Numbered from the stretch's first letter, positions 1 to 13,736 are shown. The stretch is 64,000 bases of DNA from Octopus sinensis (GCF_006345805.1 NC_043019.1:6323360-6387359); one strand, 5' to 3'. Notes: generated from the letters alone by a model not told the origin. Made by a program: numbers and translations.

Positions 1-245
1 TGGCTTTGTGAGTGTTTATTGAGCGAAAACACCTAAAGCTCCACGAGGCTCCGGCAGGGGGTGGTGGTGGAAACTCCTGTTGTACTCTTTCGCCCCAACT
101 TTCTCTCACTCTTTCTTCCTGTTTCTTGAGTAACGCTGCGATGGACTGGCGTCCCGTCCAGCTGTGGGGAACACATACGCCATAGAAACCGGGAAACCGG
201 GCCCATGAGCCTGGTTAGGTTTGAAAAGGGCGCATAAATAAAAAT
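1..245 (+). mobile_element. SINE family C (tRNA-Arg-like head family), tail type 1, cut by window start
   Basis: Body gagtgtttattgagcgaaaacacctaaagctccacgaggctccggcaggg shared with other C copies; tail gcgatggactggcgtcccg...gaaaccgggaaaccgg matches 35864-36180. Confidence 0.85.
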
Positions 246-914
246 AAATTAGAATAAATAAAGAGTGGATGGGTGAAATCAGTAATCAGATGAACAAAAT
301 GTCAAACACTTCTTTAGGTTCTGAGTTCAATTCCCAACAAGGTCGGTTTTGTTTTTCATCCTTCCAAGTCACTAAAAAAACCGAAGCCGATACAAAACAA
401 TGTCTCCTCGTTTCTGACCCTATAGATTTATAAGAAGCGTAATTATTACAGGTTACGACAACTACGTCACGAAAACTTCATGTTACGGGGCTTCACGCTC
501 ACGGAAATTGTAAAGTTTGACTGGTAATTTCGGGATACGTTCTTTAGTTTCACCCTTTGGCAAACTCCAATGAATTTTAACACTTAAAAATTATTCATTC
601 TTCTTAGCCAAAACGCCACTTTTCTGTATTTTAACTACCATCAAGGTATAGCTAACAATTTCAAAACCATATATGCATGTACGCGTGTGTGTGTGAGTGT
701 GACAGTGTGAGTGAGTGTGTGTGTGTGTGTGTTTATTTAAATGTTTCTGTATGCGCCACCATAAACTTTTACGGAATGTCAGGTGGAATTCTTCCTGACG
801 AATATTTGACTGGTTGTATAAATTTCCTTGTCCCTATTTAGTACCGTTATCTATCTGTCTGTTTATCTTTGTAACTTGTCCCATCTGTGTGCAGCCCTGT
901 GTGGCCAATAAAGA

Positions 915-1335
915 AACTTATCTATCTATCCGTCCGTCTGCCTGTCTGTCTGTTTATCTATCTATCTATCTACCTACCTACCTACCTATCTGTCTGTCTA
1001 TCTATCTGTCTATCTATCTATCTGTCTATCTATCTAGCTATCTATCTATCTGTCTTTCTGTCTGTCTATCTATCTATCTATCTATCTGTCTGTCTTTCTG
1101 TCTGTTTATCTATCTGTCTATCTATCTCTCTATCTATCTATCTATCTGTCTGTCTGTCTGACTGTCTGTCTGTCTGTCAGTCTGCCTGTCAGTCTGTCCG
1201 TCTGTCTGTCTACTTCTCTATCTATCTACCTACCTCTCTATCTATCTCTCGACCGACCTCTTTCTCTACTATCCACCGACTTACATATCTACCTCTTCGT
1301 CTACCTATCTACTTTCTCTCTGTCACTCTGACTAT
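915..1335. repeat. (TCTA/TCTG)n compound microsatellite
   Basis: Direct reading; source of the YLSI-repeat ORFs 814-1161 and 887-1459. Confidence 0.95.
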
Positions 1336-1995
1336 CTTTCTGCGTGTGTACGTACGTATAAATTTATGTATAAATCAGCCTTCACCACCACCTCTTTCAT
1401 CAATACCAACATTAAAACCAATGAAAGCACAGCCCATTACCAACACACTAACTCTTTAATGGCCAACCACCACAGTAGCATTACTATGAACAAGATAAGC
1501 AATTCTGTCTAAAATAAAAACACAATGACACGAGATAATACCCAGATGTATTTTAAAAGTTGAATAAATATTTTTGATCATTCATCAATAAAAATTGACT
1601 TAATATCATACAGTAACGATGATACATTTACAATAACACTATGACTATCGTCACCACCGCCATGATCACTATCACCAACACCAAAACCAGCAAAACGAAC
1701 ATTATTACCACTATCAATCTAACAACTTTTGAATAACTAAATGTTGACAACTATAATAGTATTAGTATGATATCAATGTATGTATCTACATATATTGTAT
1801 ATCAGCACAACGCAAGGTGTATGCGCGGATGTATGTGCATGTATGTGCGTGAGAGATTAGACTGTACAGTTTTTATGGTTTAAATCAGATGTGCCGATGA
1901 ACCTGATAAACCTACAACTAACTATAATTGTAAGTACATTCTCTCACCTTATTCCTTCGCTCGTTTATCATATTTCCATTCTTATATATATATAT

Positions 1996-2403
1996 TACTC
2001 TCTTTTACTCTCTTTTACTTGTTTCAGTCATTTGACTGTGGCAATGCTGGAGCACCTTTAGTCGAGCAAATCGACCCCAGGACTTATTCTTTGTAAGCCT
2101 AGTACTTATTCTATCGGTCTCTTTTGCCGAACCGCTAAGTTACGGGGACGTAGACACACCAGTATCGGTTGGCAAGTGATGTTGGGGGAGGACAAACACA
2201 GACACACAAACACATACATATATATATATACATATATACGACGGGCTCCTTTTCAGTTTCCGTCTACCAAATCCACTCACAAGGCTTTGGTCGGCCCGAG
2301 GCAATAGTAGAAGACACTTGCCCAAGGTGCCACGCAGTGGGTCTGAACCCGAAACCATGTGGTTGGTAAGCAAGCTACTTACCACACAACCACTCCTGTG
2401 CCT
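1996..2403 (-). mobile_element. SINE family A (~410 bp, tRNA-like head, internal TA/TG microsatellite, (gagtaaaa)n tail)
   Basis: Reverse complement of the consensus ggcgcaggagtggctgtgtggtaag...gggttcagtcccactgcgtggcaccttgggcaagtgtc...gactgaaacaagtaaaagag seen about 20 times in the window. Confidence 0.9.
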
Positions 2404-2539
2404 ATATATATATATATATATATGATTTTATAAGTTTTTCTTCTTTTTCGTTTTACTCTCACGAAATACTTTTTCTGCTATGTTTCTTTTACTACATATT
2501 TGTTGTGGACAAGTGCTGACCACCACTGCTGTCAGATTT

Positions 2540-2865
2540 ACCTACAATTCAAGATGTCTGCAGAGCAGTCAAGTGGGACTGAAGGTGGTAGTGCGAAAGG
2601 GAACCGTAAATGGATTACACTCGATATTAAACTTCTTATTTCAGAAAAACTTATGCGGAGAAAAATATCCACATTGCCAAATATTCAAGCTTACAACGTG
2701 TACATGAGATCAATGCGTTACAACAAAAAGACAATTAAGTAACTCAAGAAGCTACTCTCCTTATTACTCAGACCTTATTTTTTTTTCACAAATTTAGCAT
2801 GATGCTTAAGATGAAAATACTGAGTGCATGCACCGAGGATCAGAATCAGCGTAATACGGAGATAA
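2540..2865 (+). mobile_element. Tigger/pogo transposase relic, N-terminal (CENP-B-like HTH) part
   Basis: MSAEQSSGTEGGSAKGNRKWITLDIKL...MLKMKILSACTEDQNQRN resembles Tigger N-termini; the catalytic part continues at 3520. Confidence 0.6.
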
Positions 2866-3092
2866 GGTGGCGAGCTGGCAGAAACGTTAGCACGCCGGGC
2901 GAAATGCGTAGCCGTATTTCGTCTGCTGTTACGTTCTGGGTTCAAATTCCGTCGAGGTCAACTTTGCCTTTCATCCTTTAGGGCTCGATAAATTAAGTAC
3001 CAGTTACGCACTGGGGTCGATATAATCGACTTAATCCGTCTGTCTGTCCTAGTTTGTCCCCTCTATGTTTAGCCCCTTGTGGGCAATAAAAA
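2866..3092 (+). mobile_element. SINE family B (~230 bp)
   Basis: aaggcggcgagctggcagaaacgttagcacgccgggcg...gttcaaattcc (B box)...gtcaactttgcctttcatcc...gtttagccccttgtggg; more than 12 copies in the window. Confidence 0.9.
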
Positions 3093-3094
3093 AA

Positions 3095-3445
3095 ATAGTA
3101 ATACTGAGAGCTTGCTAGGGGCACTAGATCTGTGGAAAGACCGCTCTTGCGATACAAGGATGTTTGTAAAAGGGACATGAAGGCCTGCAACATCAATATT
3201 AGCAACTGGGAAGCAGTTGCCAGCAACCGTGGAGATTGACGACGTACCGTAAAAGAGGGAATACAAAGGAGTGACAGAGAGAGAGAGGGGAGAAATGGAA
3301 AGACAAGAAAATACGTCAACAAGAAACTAATTTATAACTACCAGCCAGGCAAAGTCTTCGCTACATTTGCGGCAACTGCCAGAGGGAGTGTTTGTCCAGA
3401 TTAGGACTACACAGCCACAGCAGGAGATGTATTAGGACATGAAAT
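3095..3445 (+). mobile_element. RTE-clade LINE 3' fragment
   Basis: Translates to KGDMKACNINISNWEAVASNRGDWRRTVKEGI...CLSRLGLHSHSRRC, the RTE C-terminus with a degenerate CCHH-type finger. Confidence 0.75.
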
Positions 3446-3519
3446 GTAAAAGCCGGACTAGAATATTTTATGCGCAACTCCATTGTCTCCCGAGACAAAA
3501 AGGATGTCAACAACAACCT

Positions 3520-3880
3520 TGTTTAAAAAAGAAAACGAAAGTTTGTATAGTGAAACCGAAAATTAAAACTTCTAATGAAAATGTTTTTTCTGCTAGTAAA
3601 GGCTGGTTTGAAAAGTTTGCGCATAACACATAAATTTGCACAACATAAAAAATATCTGGAGAAGCGGTCAGTGCTGATTTAGAGACAGCTACTATGCAGT
3701 GGGAAAAAAATGTTTGCCGGAGAGAGTTACGCAACAGAACAAGTATACGATGTCGATGAAATTTCATGACTCTGGAAGCGCATGCCTGTAAAAACTTGTT
3801 ATTTCTCGAGGATAAAAACAAACAGGGCTTAAAACTTCTAAAAATCGTCTGACGCTTTTTCTGTAATGAAATGTTGCTGG
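3520..3880 (+). mobile_element. Tigger/pogo transposase relic, DDE_1 part
   Basis: FSASKGWFEKF...EQVYDVDE...WKRMP...GLKLLKNRLTLF across frameshifts. Confidence 0.75.
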
Positions 3881-4019
3881 TTAAATTAAATTAAAGTCCC
3901 TATATTTATTTCCTGAGTCTACATGTCCAAACTGAAAATTAATCCTTCAGAAATCATAATAATGTTTAAAGCTAGCGGAGATTGACGTTTATTATTATTT
4001 ATTGGACGGAAACAGTCAA

Positions 4020-4570
4020 CAGTGTCTTCGACTCATTGCACTGCGGAGATTGAACCTTTGTTTCGGGGGTATCCCCATAGACCCACGATTCATCACCCGT
4101 TATGGACGTTTTCAAAAAGTTTTCATCATTCTCGACACAATCAAGGACATCTTATGCAACTGAAATCCGAATGTCCTTTTGGTCAGCTGAAAGCAGTTTT
4201 AGCACAAACTTGGCAGACACGTGTCTCATAACCAAATCTTCGGTGATAATGGACTGAACTGAACTGTAAATAATTTGCACATCTTCTGACAACTCACGGA
4301 TTGTGATTCGACAATTTTCCTTCACAGCTGCACACATATCTGCGATATTTTTCCCAGTTCTGCTCGTTGCGGGTCTCCCAGAACGTTCGTCACTATCGAC
4401 AGTTTTTGGCAATCTTGAAAATGTCTGAACCACTCGTACACTTGTGTGCTGCTCATACACTCCACACAATTCCTGAAACTTTGCGTAGGCCTTTGAGCAG
4501 GTATCGCCAAGCTTTTGGCAAAATTTGATGCAGATTCTCTACTCAACTTTCTCTGTCATGGTCAATGCGA
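4020..4570 (-). mobile_element. mariner transposase relic (HTH through first catalytic Asp)
   Basis: MTEKVE.RICIKFCQKLG...QVYEWFRHFQD...SDERSGRPATS...RITIRELSE...VSAKFV...TGDESWVYG; frameshifted. Confidence 0.85.
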
Positions 4571-4887
4571 CGATCACACGCTACACACCTTCCTTCCAAG
4601 CACTGCTGTAAACGGCGGAAGTGAGCTAGAACGTTAAAGCTTAGTGCGCATGCACAGCGGAGTTCAAGGTCAATCTGTGCCAAGCGGATTTACTCAGCAT
4701 GCTTTAGCTTCGTTACTATGGCAACAATCCTGATGCTTATTCAGCGAGACATCAAGAACTGGATAGATCACAATACAGCGACCCTGCGATAAGGACCTAG
4801 AACAGACCAGTGGCAATGATGACTATGAGAGCGTCTAGAAAGGCACCCAAAAAACCTGGCTGCATCAATGAAGGAATCTTGATGATG

Positions 4888-5302
4888 AGGCGCAGGAGTG
4901 GCTGTGTGGTAAGTAGCTTGCTAACCAACCACATGGTTCCGGGTTCAGTCCCACTGCGTGGCATCTTGGGCAAGTGTCTTCTGCTATAGCCCCGGGCCGA
5001 CCAATGCCTTGTGAGTGGATTTGGTAGACGGAAACTGAAAGAAGCCTGTCGTATATATGTATATATATGTATATATATGTGTGTGTGTGTTTGTGTGTCT
5101 GTGTTTGTCCCCCTAGCATTGCTTGACAACCGATGCTTGTGTGTTTACGTCCCTGTCACTTAGCGGTTCGGCAAAAGAGAACCGATAGAATAAGTACTGG
5201 GCTTACAAAAGAATAAGTCCCGGGGTCGATTTGCTCGACTAAAGGCGGTGCTCCAGCATGGCCGCATTCAAATGACTGAAACAAGTAAAAGAGTAAAAGA
5301 GT
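4888..5302 (+). mobile_element. SINE family A, full length
   Basis: A box tggctgtgtgg, B box ggttcagtccc, internal (TA)(TG) tract, (gagtaaaa)n tail. Confidence 0.92.
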
Positions 5303-5519
5303 ATGATGATGGATGGTAAAGTAACATGATGCATAATGGCGCAGATGTAGTTCCACCATTATGGTAAGTATCGAGTAATACTACAGAAGGACAAAAATTA
5401 CAATTCCAATGTGTAAATACAAAATGCTAAGATGAAGACTAATTTTCAACATAGTATTATAAATAAATACAACATAACTCACCTTTGTATGTTTCCAATA
5501 AATAAAACCTATACTAAAT

Positions 5520-5592
5520 GTAAAAATATATACATACTTAAATATATACATACTTAAATATATACATACTTAAATATGTGTTTTCATAACTA

Positions 5593-5628
<36 letters not shown>

Positions 5629-5807
5629 TGTATGTATGTATGTATGTATGTATGTATGTATGTATGTATGTATGTATATATATATATATATATATACGTA
5701 TATATATAAGCATGTATATGTATATATGCATGTGTATATGTATATATATATACGTAAATGTATACAGATACATATACATATATAGGTATAGATGTACATA
5801 TGTATAT

Positions 5808-5838
<31 letters not shown>

Positions 5839-6008
5839 GCATATACATATATACATATATAAATGTGTGTGTAGATATATGTATGTGTATGTACGTACAT
5901 ATAAAATGTGTATATAGATATGTATATATGTGTGTACATCTGTATGCATACGTATATATATGTTTATGTATGTATATTTATATATATGTGTATATATGTG
6001 TATATATT

Positions 6009-6039
<31 letters not shown>

Positions 6040-6174
6040 TATATATGTGTGTTTTTGTGTGTCTGAATGTAAGTATATAGATATAAATTTATACGTGCCT
6101 ATACATGTATAATATATATATCATACATACATACATACATACATACATACATTTAGGTACATAGATGGGTACAC

Positions 6175-6222
<48 letters not shown>

Positions 6223-6262
6223 GGATAGATAGATAGATAGATAGATAGAGAGAGAGAGGGAG

Positions 6263-6351
<89 letters not shown>

Positions 6352-7020
6352 TAGAGTTCCTAAGACATAGAGTTTATATAGATGTATATATGTGTAGACA
6401 CGTATATCTGTATATATACTTGTATGTATATGTATATATATATACATACACACACACATTCAAATTCGAAAACGTATGTATGTGTGTGAGTGCCTATACA
6501 CGTTCTACACACTTGCATACATTAATAATGGTGTGTACAGAGGCTAAGTGTTTGTTTACCTGACGCAACGATGCGGTAAATGGGGTTGTTACTTTGAAGT
6601 GTTCTGATCAGCCATATTGATCAACAAGTGATCACCCTACTGACCTTTTTGGTCATTGTCTGGGGTAAATGTCTGATGTATATATGTGTGTGTGTGTGTA
6701 TGTGGGTTTTGTGTGTGTGTGTAAGTGTCGGTGTAAATGATGTGTATATATGTATATATATGTGTGTATATATATATATATGATATATATATGATATATG
6801 TGTTTATGTGTGTATATATATATATGTATACATAGTAGATATATACGTTTATATACATGTTTATATGTATGTATATATATGTAGTATTATTGAATACATA
6901 CATACAGGTAATTTTCTAATCGTTTACATTTATATATATATATATATACATATTAGGTATAATGTATGTACGTAAACATGTGTGCGCGCGTCTGTGTATG
7001 TGTGTCTGTGTGTGTGAGAG
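5520..7020. repeat. Compound microsatellite block (TATG, TA, TG, TAGA), preceded by three copies of aaatatatacatactt
   Basis: Direct reading. Confidence 0.9.
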
Positions 7021-7024
7021 ATTG

Positions 7025-7305
7025 CAGCGCCGCCTTGACTGGCTTCTGTGCTGGTGGCACGTAAAAAGCACCAACCGATCGTGGCCGCTGCCAGCCCCCC
7101 TGGCACCTGTGCAGGCGGCACGAAAAAAGCACCCACTACGCTCACAGAGTGGTTGGCGTTAGGAAGGGCATCCACCTGTCGAAAACACTGCCAGATCAGA
7201 CTGGAGCCTGGTGCAGCCTCCTGGCTTCCCAGACCCCTGTCAAACTGTCCAACCCGTGCTACACGGAAAACGGACGTTAAACGGATGATGTGATGATGAT
7301 GATGA
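7025..7305 (+). mobile_element. SINE family D, 3' part with (GAT)n tail
   Basis: gagtggttggcgttaggaagggcatcc...aacggacgttaaacggatgatg; central domain and tail recognised as SINE-like, no coding capacity. Confidence 0.65.
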
Positions 7306-8000
7306 TTCTCCCTCTTTGTTCTCCTTTCTCTCTTTCTCTCTCACTTTCCCACTCTCTTACTCTTCTTTCTCTCGGACTCTCCATCGCTTTCTCTTACTCT
7401 CTATCTTTATGTATCTCTCTCCCATTTATAAACAACCAAAAGATCTTGAGTAAGTTGAGAAATAAAATATTTAGAAAGATCAATCATAAATATCAGGCAG
7501 TTACAAAGGAAAGGTCTGCTTCAAGACAGACAGCAAAAAACACTAACATTTAAAAGGACAGACGAACTTGCGAGCTGAATAAAAATAATAAAATATTGGA
7601 AACAAAGTTTGAAGGGATAGAATTTGAGGATAGTAGAGTCACCATGGCTGGCATTTCTTAACGACGGACAGCAACGTATTGACAGTTCAACGGCTGGCGT
7701 AAAAGTTTGAACTTGATGTAAAAGAAAATCCCTAAAAACCAGTTTTGACTTGATTCTTTCTCACGACAGTAGACTCACGATGGCCAGCATTGAACTTCTT
7801 CATCATGACGGCAACACATTGACGATTAAAAGGCTGGAGCAAATTTTTAGCTTGATGTACAGAGAATTGCTAAACAACCCGCTCCTTTAAATTTTAATCC
7901 CCTTCCAGCCCCATTTATACCCCTTTTCACCTTTTGGTTAATATAACCCGATTTAATTTGGGTCTACTGGGGCCACATTTTATAAGATGAGGACACAACA

Positions 8001-8187
8001 AGTTTCCCAAGTTCTGTCTAGACCGTAGAACACTCAACCAAGTTTCCCGATTTCTGGTCATAGACCATAGAACAGTCAAGCAGTTTCCCGAGTTCTGGTC
8101 ATAGACCATAGAACACTCGACCAAGTTTCCCGAGTTCTGGTCATAGACCATAGAACACTAAACTAAGTTTCCCGAGTTCTGGTCATT
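8001..8187. repeat. 40-42 bp minisatellite, about 4.5 units
   Basis: Units agtttcccgagttctggtcatagaccatagaacactcgacca start at 8001, 8041, 8082, 8124, 8166. Confidence 0.95.
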
Positions 8188-8869
8188 TGCAGAATAAATA
8201 GAGACGGCGGAGGTGGCAGACGTCGTTGCAATGTAAACATGATTTGTTATAAGAGAAAGATTGTCCAGATTGTGTGTTGGTGGTGTTGTGGTGGCGATGA
8301 TAATTATCATTAGGAAAAAGAGTGAGTGAGTGAGGAAGACATACATAAGTTGTGGCGATGATATTGTAGACCCCTTTTCACACATTTGATGAAGAGAACC
8401 CGATTTCATTCGGGTGTACTGGTGCTACATATAGGTGTGTGTGTGTGTGTGTGTGTGTGCACGCTGTAGAAATTAAATTAGAGATAAAACCACTAATAGG
8501 GAAATGAAACAGTAAAAAACCAAAAGCAAAAACATAAAAATAAAAATATAATATTAGATATATGTATATATGTGTGTGTGTGTGTGTGTGTGTTGACAGA
8601 TAGACAATAGAATGCGATGGCGATGGGGATGGCGAGTAATATTTGTTACTGTCCATGAACGCTGAGAGATACATGAGTAAAATGTATAGGAAGGTAAGAG
8701 ATAGAGTGAGTGAAAATGTTCTTGGAAGAGAGTAAATAGCTACAGAGTGATTTGAGGAAGACTTTACATTAAATAACGGTAGTTGCATTGTCAAATGAAG
8801 AGGAGTGACAGAGTACTGGAGGAAATAGGGTGAGGTAGGAAGATGGCCCCTAGCAACCACACCTTTTAA

Positions 8870-9011
8870 GATAGGGATTTGTAAGGTAGCCCACGCGCAT
8901 CGTCACCTCATTCTACATGTCCCTGTAAATTTTGGAGCGAATCGGACGGGATGTAGTGGCATTGAAAGCGAACCAAGCGGTAAAAACGCATTTCAGTTTT
9001 ATATATAGAGA
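8870..9011 (-). mobile_element. Helitron-like 5' end
   Basis: Minus strand reads A|TCtctatatataaaactgaaatg, same style as the start at 39000; no matching 3' CTAG end located. Confidence 0.45.
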
Positions 9012-9050
9012 TATATATATCAAAATAAGCAACAAGGATATCCAAAAGTA

Positions 9051-9138
9051 ATGTAGTACGATCGTTTCAAGCAACTCCATTTAATTGAACAATGCAATCA
9101 TTACATCAATTTAAATGCAGAGCAATCCTCAGCTGCAT
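9051..9138 (-). ncRNA. Type I hammerhead-like fold, degenerate
   Basis: augcag-CUGAGGA-long stem II-GAAA-cgaucg-UA-cuacau; one stem I mismatch, U.U at base of stem II; same family as 22358. Confidence 0.55.
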
Positions 9139-9510
9139 AAATACATAGAATTTAATTAAATTAAAACAGATGGACGCATTAGTATAATTTTACCTAAAAT
9201 TTTCAAGAAGGTAAGGGGATAGACAAAGAACATGCTGTCTTCACTTCAGCTTAGAAGCTACTAAGATATCAGGAAGAAAGTCTTGTTGCAGATTTTGCTT
9301 GTCACTGTTTTATGGGGTCAGTTTTAATTTATAGACTAGTTTATCAAATCTTTGTATATCTAGGGCCAAAAGAACAAGGAGCAATACCTGTTAGGAAGGG
9401 GGCTGAGGGAATCGACAGAAATCATAGTGGGTATAGTAATAAAAAATTATCAAGATTTATTTGAAGCAAAATATAATGAGATCAGTTGCCAAGTATGTGA
9501 TAGATATTGG

Positions 9511-10170
9511 CGCATGCGTGGTCATGTGGTAAAAAGCTTGCTTCCCAACCACATGGGTCTTTTTTTAGTCCCACCGCGTGACACCTTAGGCAAGTGTCTC
9601 CTACAATAGCTTCGGACTGACCAAAACTTTGTGAGTGGATTTGGTAGACAGAATCTGAAAGAGCCCCGTCGTATATATGTGTGTGTGTGTGTGTGTATGT
9701 GTGTGTGTACTTGTGTGTCTGTGTTTGTACCCACGCCATCGCTTGACAACCTATTTCTTTATTACCCACAAGGGGCTAAACACAGAGGGGACAAACAAGG
9801 ACAGACATGGGTATTAAGTCGATTACATCGACCCCAGTGCGTAACTGGTACTTAATTTATCGACCCCGAAAAGATGAAAGGCAAAATCGACCTCGGCGGA
9901 ATTTGAACTCACAACGTAACGCAGATGAAATACCGCTAAGCAATTCGCCCGGCGTGCTAACGTTTCTGCCAGCTCGCCGCCTTAATCGCTTGACAACCGA
10001 TGTTGGTGTGTTTACGTCCCCGTAACTTAGCGGTTCGGCAAAAGAGACTGATAGAATACGTACTAGGCTTACAAAGGATAAGTCCTGGGGTTAATTTCTT
10101 CGAGTAAATGCGGTATTCTAGCATGGCCGCAGTCAAATGACCGAAACGACTAAAAGAATAAAAAGAATAT
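9511..10170 (+). mobile_element. SINE family A interrupted by a family B copy
   Basis: A 5' half 9511-9751 and A 3' half from 9985; 14-bp duplication atcgcttgacaacc at 9738-9751 and 9985-9998. Confidence 0.9.
9752..9984 (-). mobile_element. SINE family B nested in family A
   Basis: Full B consensus, reverse complement, between the TSDs. Confidence 0.92.
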
Positions 10171-10348
10171 ACCTTTCTTTCTCTAACCCTGTATTTTCTG
10201 CTCCGTCAAAAATCTAAACAAATATATTTGAAAGATTCGATTATATGTCTGAGGAAACGATCAAATATGATGGTCGAGTTCACCTCACGAGGATTCGTTA
10301 TTTTTTCCTCTTTTTATGCGACCATGTCAAAATAACTGTATATTTAAA

Positions 10349-10521
10349 AGTGGCTGTGTGGTAAGTAGTTCTGGGTTCAGTCCCACTGCGTGGCATCTTG
10401 GGCAAGTGTCTTCTACTATAGCCTCGGGCCGACCAAAGCCTTGTGAGTGGATTTGGTAGACGGAAACTGAAAGAAGCTCGTCGTATATATGCATATATAT
10501 ATAAGATATATATATATATAG

Positions 10522-10595
<74 letters not shown>

Positions 10596-10628
10596 ATATG
10601 TAAGTGTGTGTCTGTGTTTGTCCTCCCA
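10349..10628 (+). mobile_element. SINE family A, partial
   Basis: Head plus expanded internal (TA)n; 3' half missing. Confidence 0.8.
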
Positions 10629-10899
10629 ACATTGGTATTTCTAGCAGGTAAAGCTTGTTGATTCACGCTATCTTGCTAGGCATTTGTCAGATGACGTCAG
10701 AGATCAAGGGGGAGATAAATGACATTCACTTCATTAACTTTACGTCGAGACAAGAACTTTGGGACAAATTGGCCAACAGTTGGAATTCAGCTTGGGACTG
10801 GAACAATAGAATGATTGCATTACAGAATTAATTCTCATCCATCCTTGACCTCTGATCAAACATCACCGGGGCATTTATTCATAATAGACGTATTATAGT

Positions 10900-11350
10900 C
10901 ATGCTATATTTAGCTCCCTTTAGTTTTGGGCTGCAGGCCCAATTAGCCCTCTGCAGAAGGCAGCTTAGAAGTCTGCACGGGGTGTGAGTTTTAAGCTGGT
11001 TAATGATAACAGAACGATTATTCTCGCAACCTTCTTGTACAGATGTGAAACCCTGACGTTTTATCAAAGATTTATAAACGTGTGGGAACGCTTCTATCAG
11101 GTAAAAGTGCGAACCATTTTGAGTATACATTGGCAGAATCATGTTACAAATAATTCAACATTTGAGCTGTTACATCGCCTGTTTTTATGTGTTGGGCACG
11201 TCCCAACTGTCGAAGATTCTAAAGCGAATATTCTTAAACTTTGAATATTCATACAATGCCGGACGCCTTTTAAAATAATTGTGAAAGAAAACGCTGAGGA
11301 AAGGAGATGTCGATGGATGAAAAAAAAAGGCCAGATCGGGGAATCTTGAA
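10900..11350 (+). mobile_element. RTE-clade LINE RT C-terminal fragment
   Basis: ILATFLYRCETLTFYQRFINVWERFYQVKVRTILSIHWQNHVTN...VGHVPTVEDS resembles RTE LLYGCETW...HQRCLR.IL.I.WQD.VTN...WVGHV.RMED. Confidence 0.7.
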
Positions 11351-11809
11351 GCCAATTGCATTCTAATTCTCATGCTCTTGTCGTCAGCGTACTTTTAGGA
11401 TATAAATAGGCTGGTACAGACATCTTAGGATATAGATAAATTCAATGGAATTAAATTCTTGACAAGGAGAGAAGTCAAAGAAGTCAATATTTATGATGGT
11501 GATAATGATGGGTGCAATGGAGTGCAGGCTGGTATATATTGGCTATAGAGACACGCAGAAGCAGAGACATACACACACATATCCACACGTTTGTACGCGC
11601 CTGTGTGTATGAAGGAAAGGTTGGCAATGGAGTAAGCTGCTCCTTCTTGAAGACATTAAGTGATTGTCCATATAATTGAAGTGTATGTTAGATTTAAGAT
11701 CAATGAAACATCAATAAATCTCCGTTAATGAATTCCTAAAATTACATTTGCATTACATTCATACATCATCTGTTATTGATTTCTTCCACCGACGGAAACA
11801 ATTATTTCT

Positions 11810-12065
11810 TCACACATGTATATGTATATATGCATGTGTATATTTATATATATATATACACGTAACTGTATACAGATAGATATACATATATAAGTATAGA
11901 TGTCACTCACGCATACACACACAATCATGCATATACACATGCACACACTCACGCAGACAAACACATAAGGACACGCAAGAACACACACACACACACACAC
12001 TATTCTATGAATGCCTCTTTTCACAATCTAATGCTTTCACTTTCAGTTGATTTTCTTTCACTGTC

Positions 12066-12109
<44 letters not shown>

Positions 12110-12302
12110 GTGTGTATGTAATGTATGTAATATATAAATGTATGTATGTTTGCATCTATGTTTGTTTGTATCTACGCACGTATGTATGTATGTATGTATG
12201 TTTGCATCTATCTTTGTATGTATGTATGTACGTATGTATGTATTATGTATGTATAGAGAAAAAGATAGATAGATATAGATAGATAGATAGATAGGTAGAT
12301 AC

Positions 12303-12355
<53 letters not shown>

Positions 12356-12368
12356 TAGACAGATAGAC

Positions 12369-12443
<75 letters not shown>

Positions 12444-12448
12444 TAGAC

Positions 12449-12503
<55 letters not shown>

Positions 12504-12504
12504 C

Positions 12505-12599
<95 letters not shown>

Positions 12600-12673
12600 C
12601 AGTTCATATACATACATATATACATACATGCACATATACATACGTTCATATGTATATATATATATATATATAA

Positions 12674-12740
<67 letters not shown>

Positions 12741-12810
12741 TATATAATAGTTATGTCTATACGCATGTGTGTATGTGTGTGTGTGAGTGTGTGTCTGTGT
12801 CTGTGTGTAC
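11810..12810. repeat. Compound microsatellite block (CA, TATG, TAGA/CAGA, TA)
   Basis: Direct reading. Confidence 0.92.
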
Positions 12811-13144
12811 AGGAGTCGAACAGCTTGTTGCCACTTTAATATTCCACTAATATTGGATATTATATTGAATGTTTGAAAGCTAAATTCTACAAAGAATCGA
12901 GGATTTCTTTTCTTGCCATTGATTAGTATTGAAATTCCTATACTTATCTCCGTTAATTAAAATTTTTCTAATTATACTTGAGTGCTTCTCAGGTGGTCAG
13001 TCCTTCGAGAATTATCCCAATATTTGCCAGTATGTGATCTTCCTTGTACGAACTACTAGACCCAGTCCCCTAAGACAATTTAAATCAGACAGTTAAAACA
13101 GAAGGACCCTTTCCTGTACGAACACACAAAGCTCTCCTCATCCG

Positions 13145-13385
13145 TGTAATATCTATTTCTTTACTACCCACAAGGGGATAAACACAGAGGGGACAAACAA
13201 GGAGAGACAAACGTATTAAGTCGGTTATATCGACCCCAGTTCGTAAGTGGTACTTATTTAATCGACCCCGAAAAGGTGAAAGGCAAAATCGATATCGGCG
13301 GAATTTGAACTCAGAACGTAGCGGCAGACGAAATACTGCTAAGCATTTCGCCCGTTGTGCTAACCATTCTGCCAGCTCGCAACCT
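13145..13385 (-). mobile_element. SINE family B
   Basis: Reverse complement of the B consensus. Confidence 0.88.
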
Positions 13386-13552
13386 TCATCCATGTAATAT
13401 CGTCAATCCTAATATGCGCCCCGCTCGGTGCGTGACCTCCTAAAATATTAGGTTATCGAGCCAAGGACTTCCTTGCAGCAGTGCTATGGATATTTGTACC
13501 AATGTTCCTGAATGTCTTTAAAATGTATGTTCTCAGAACATATACATATACA

Positions 13553-13677
13553 GACGCAGGTATGGCTGTGTCGGTTGGAAGCTTGCTTCTCAACAACATG
13601 GCGCCGGGTTTAGTCGCGACCAAAGCCTTGTCAGTGGATTTGGTAGAGACTGAAAGATGCCCGCTGTATGTGTGTGC

Positions 13678-13736
<59 letters not shown>

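Noticed and set aside
8001-8187. CRISPR-like appearance of hairpin repeats
   Set aside because: No unique spacers, no cas genes, eukaryotic context; it is a minisatellite. The SINE arrays at 42 and 47 kb fail for the same reasons.
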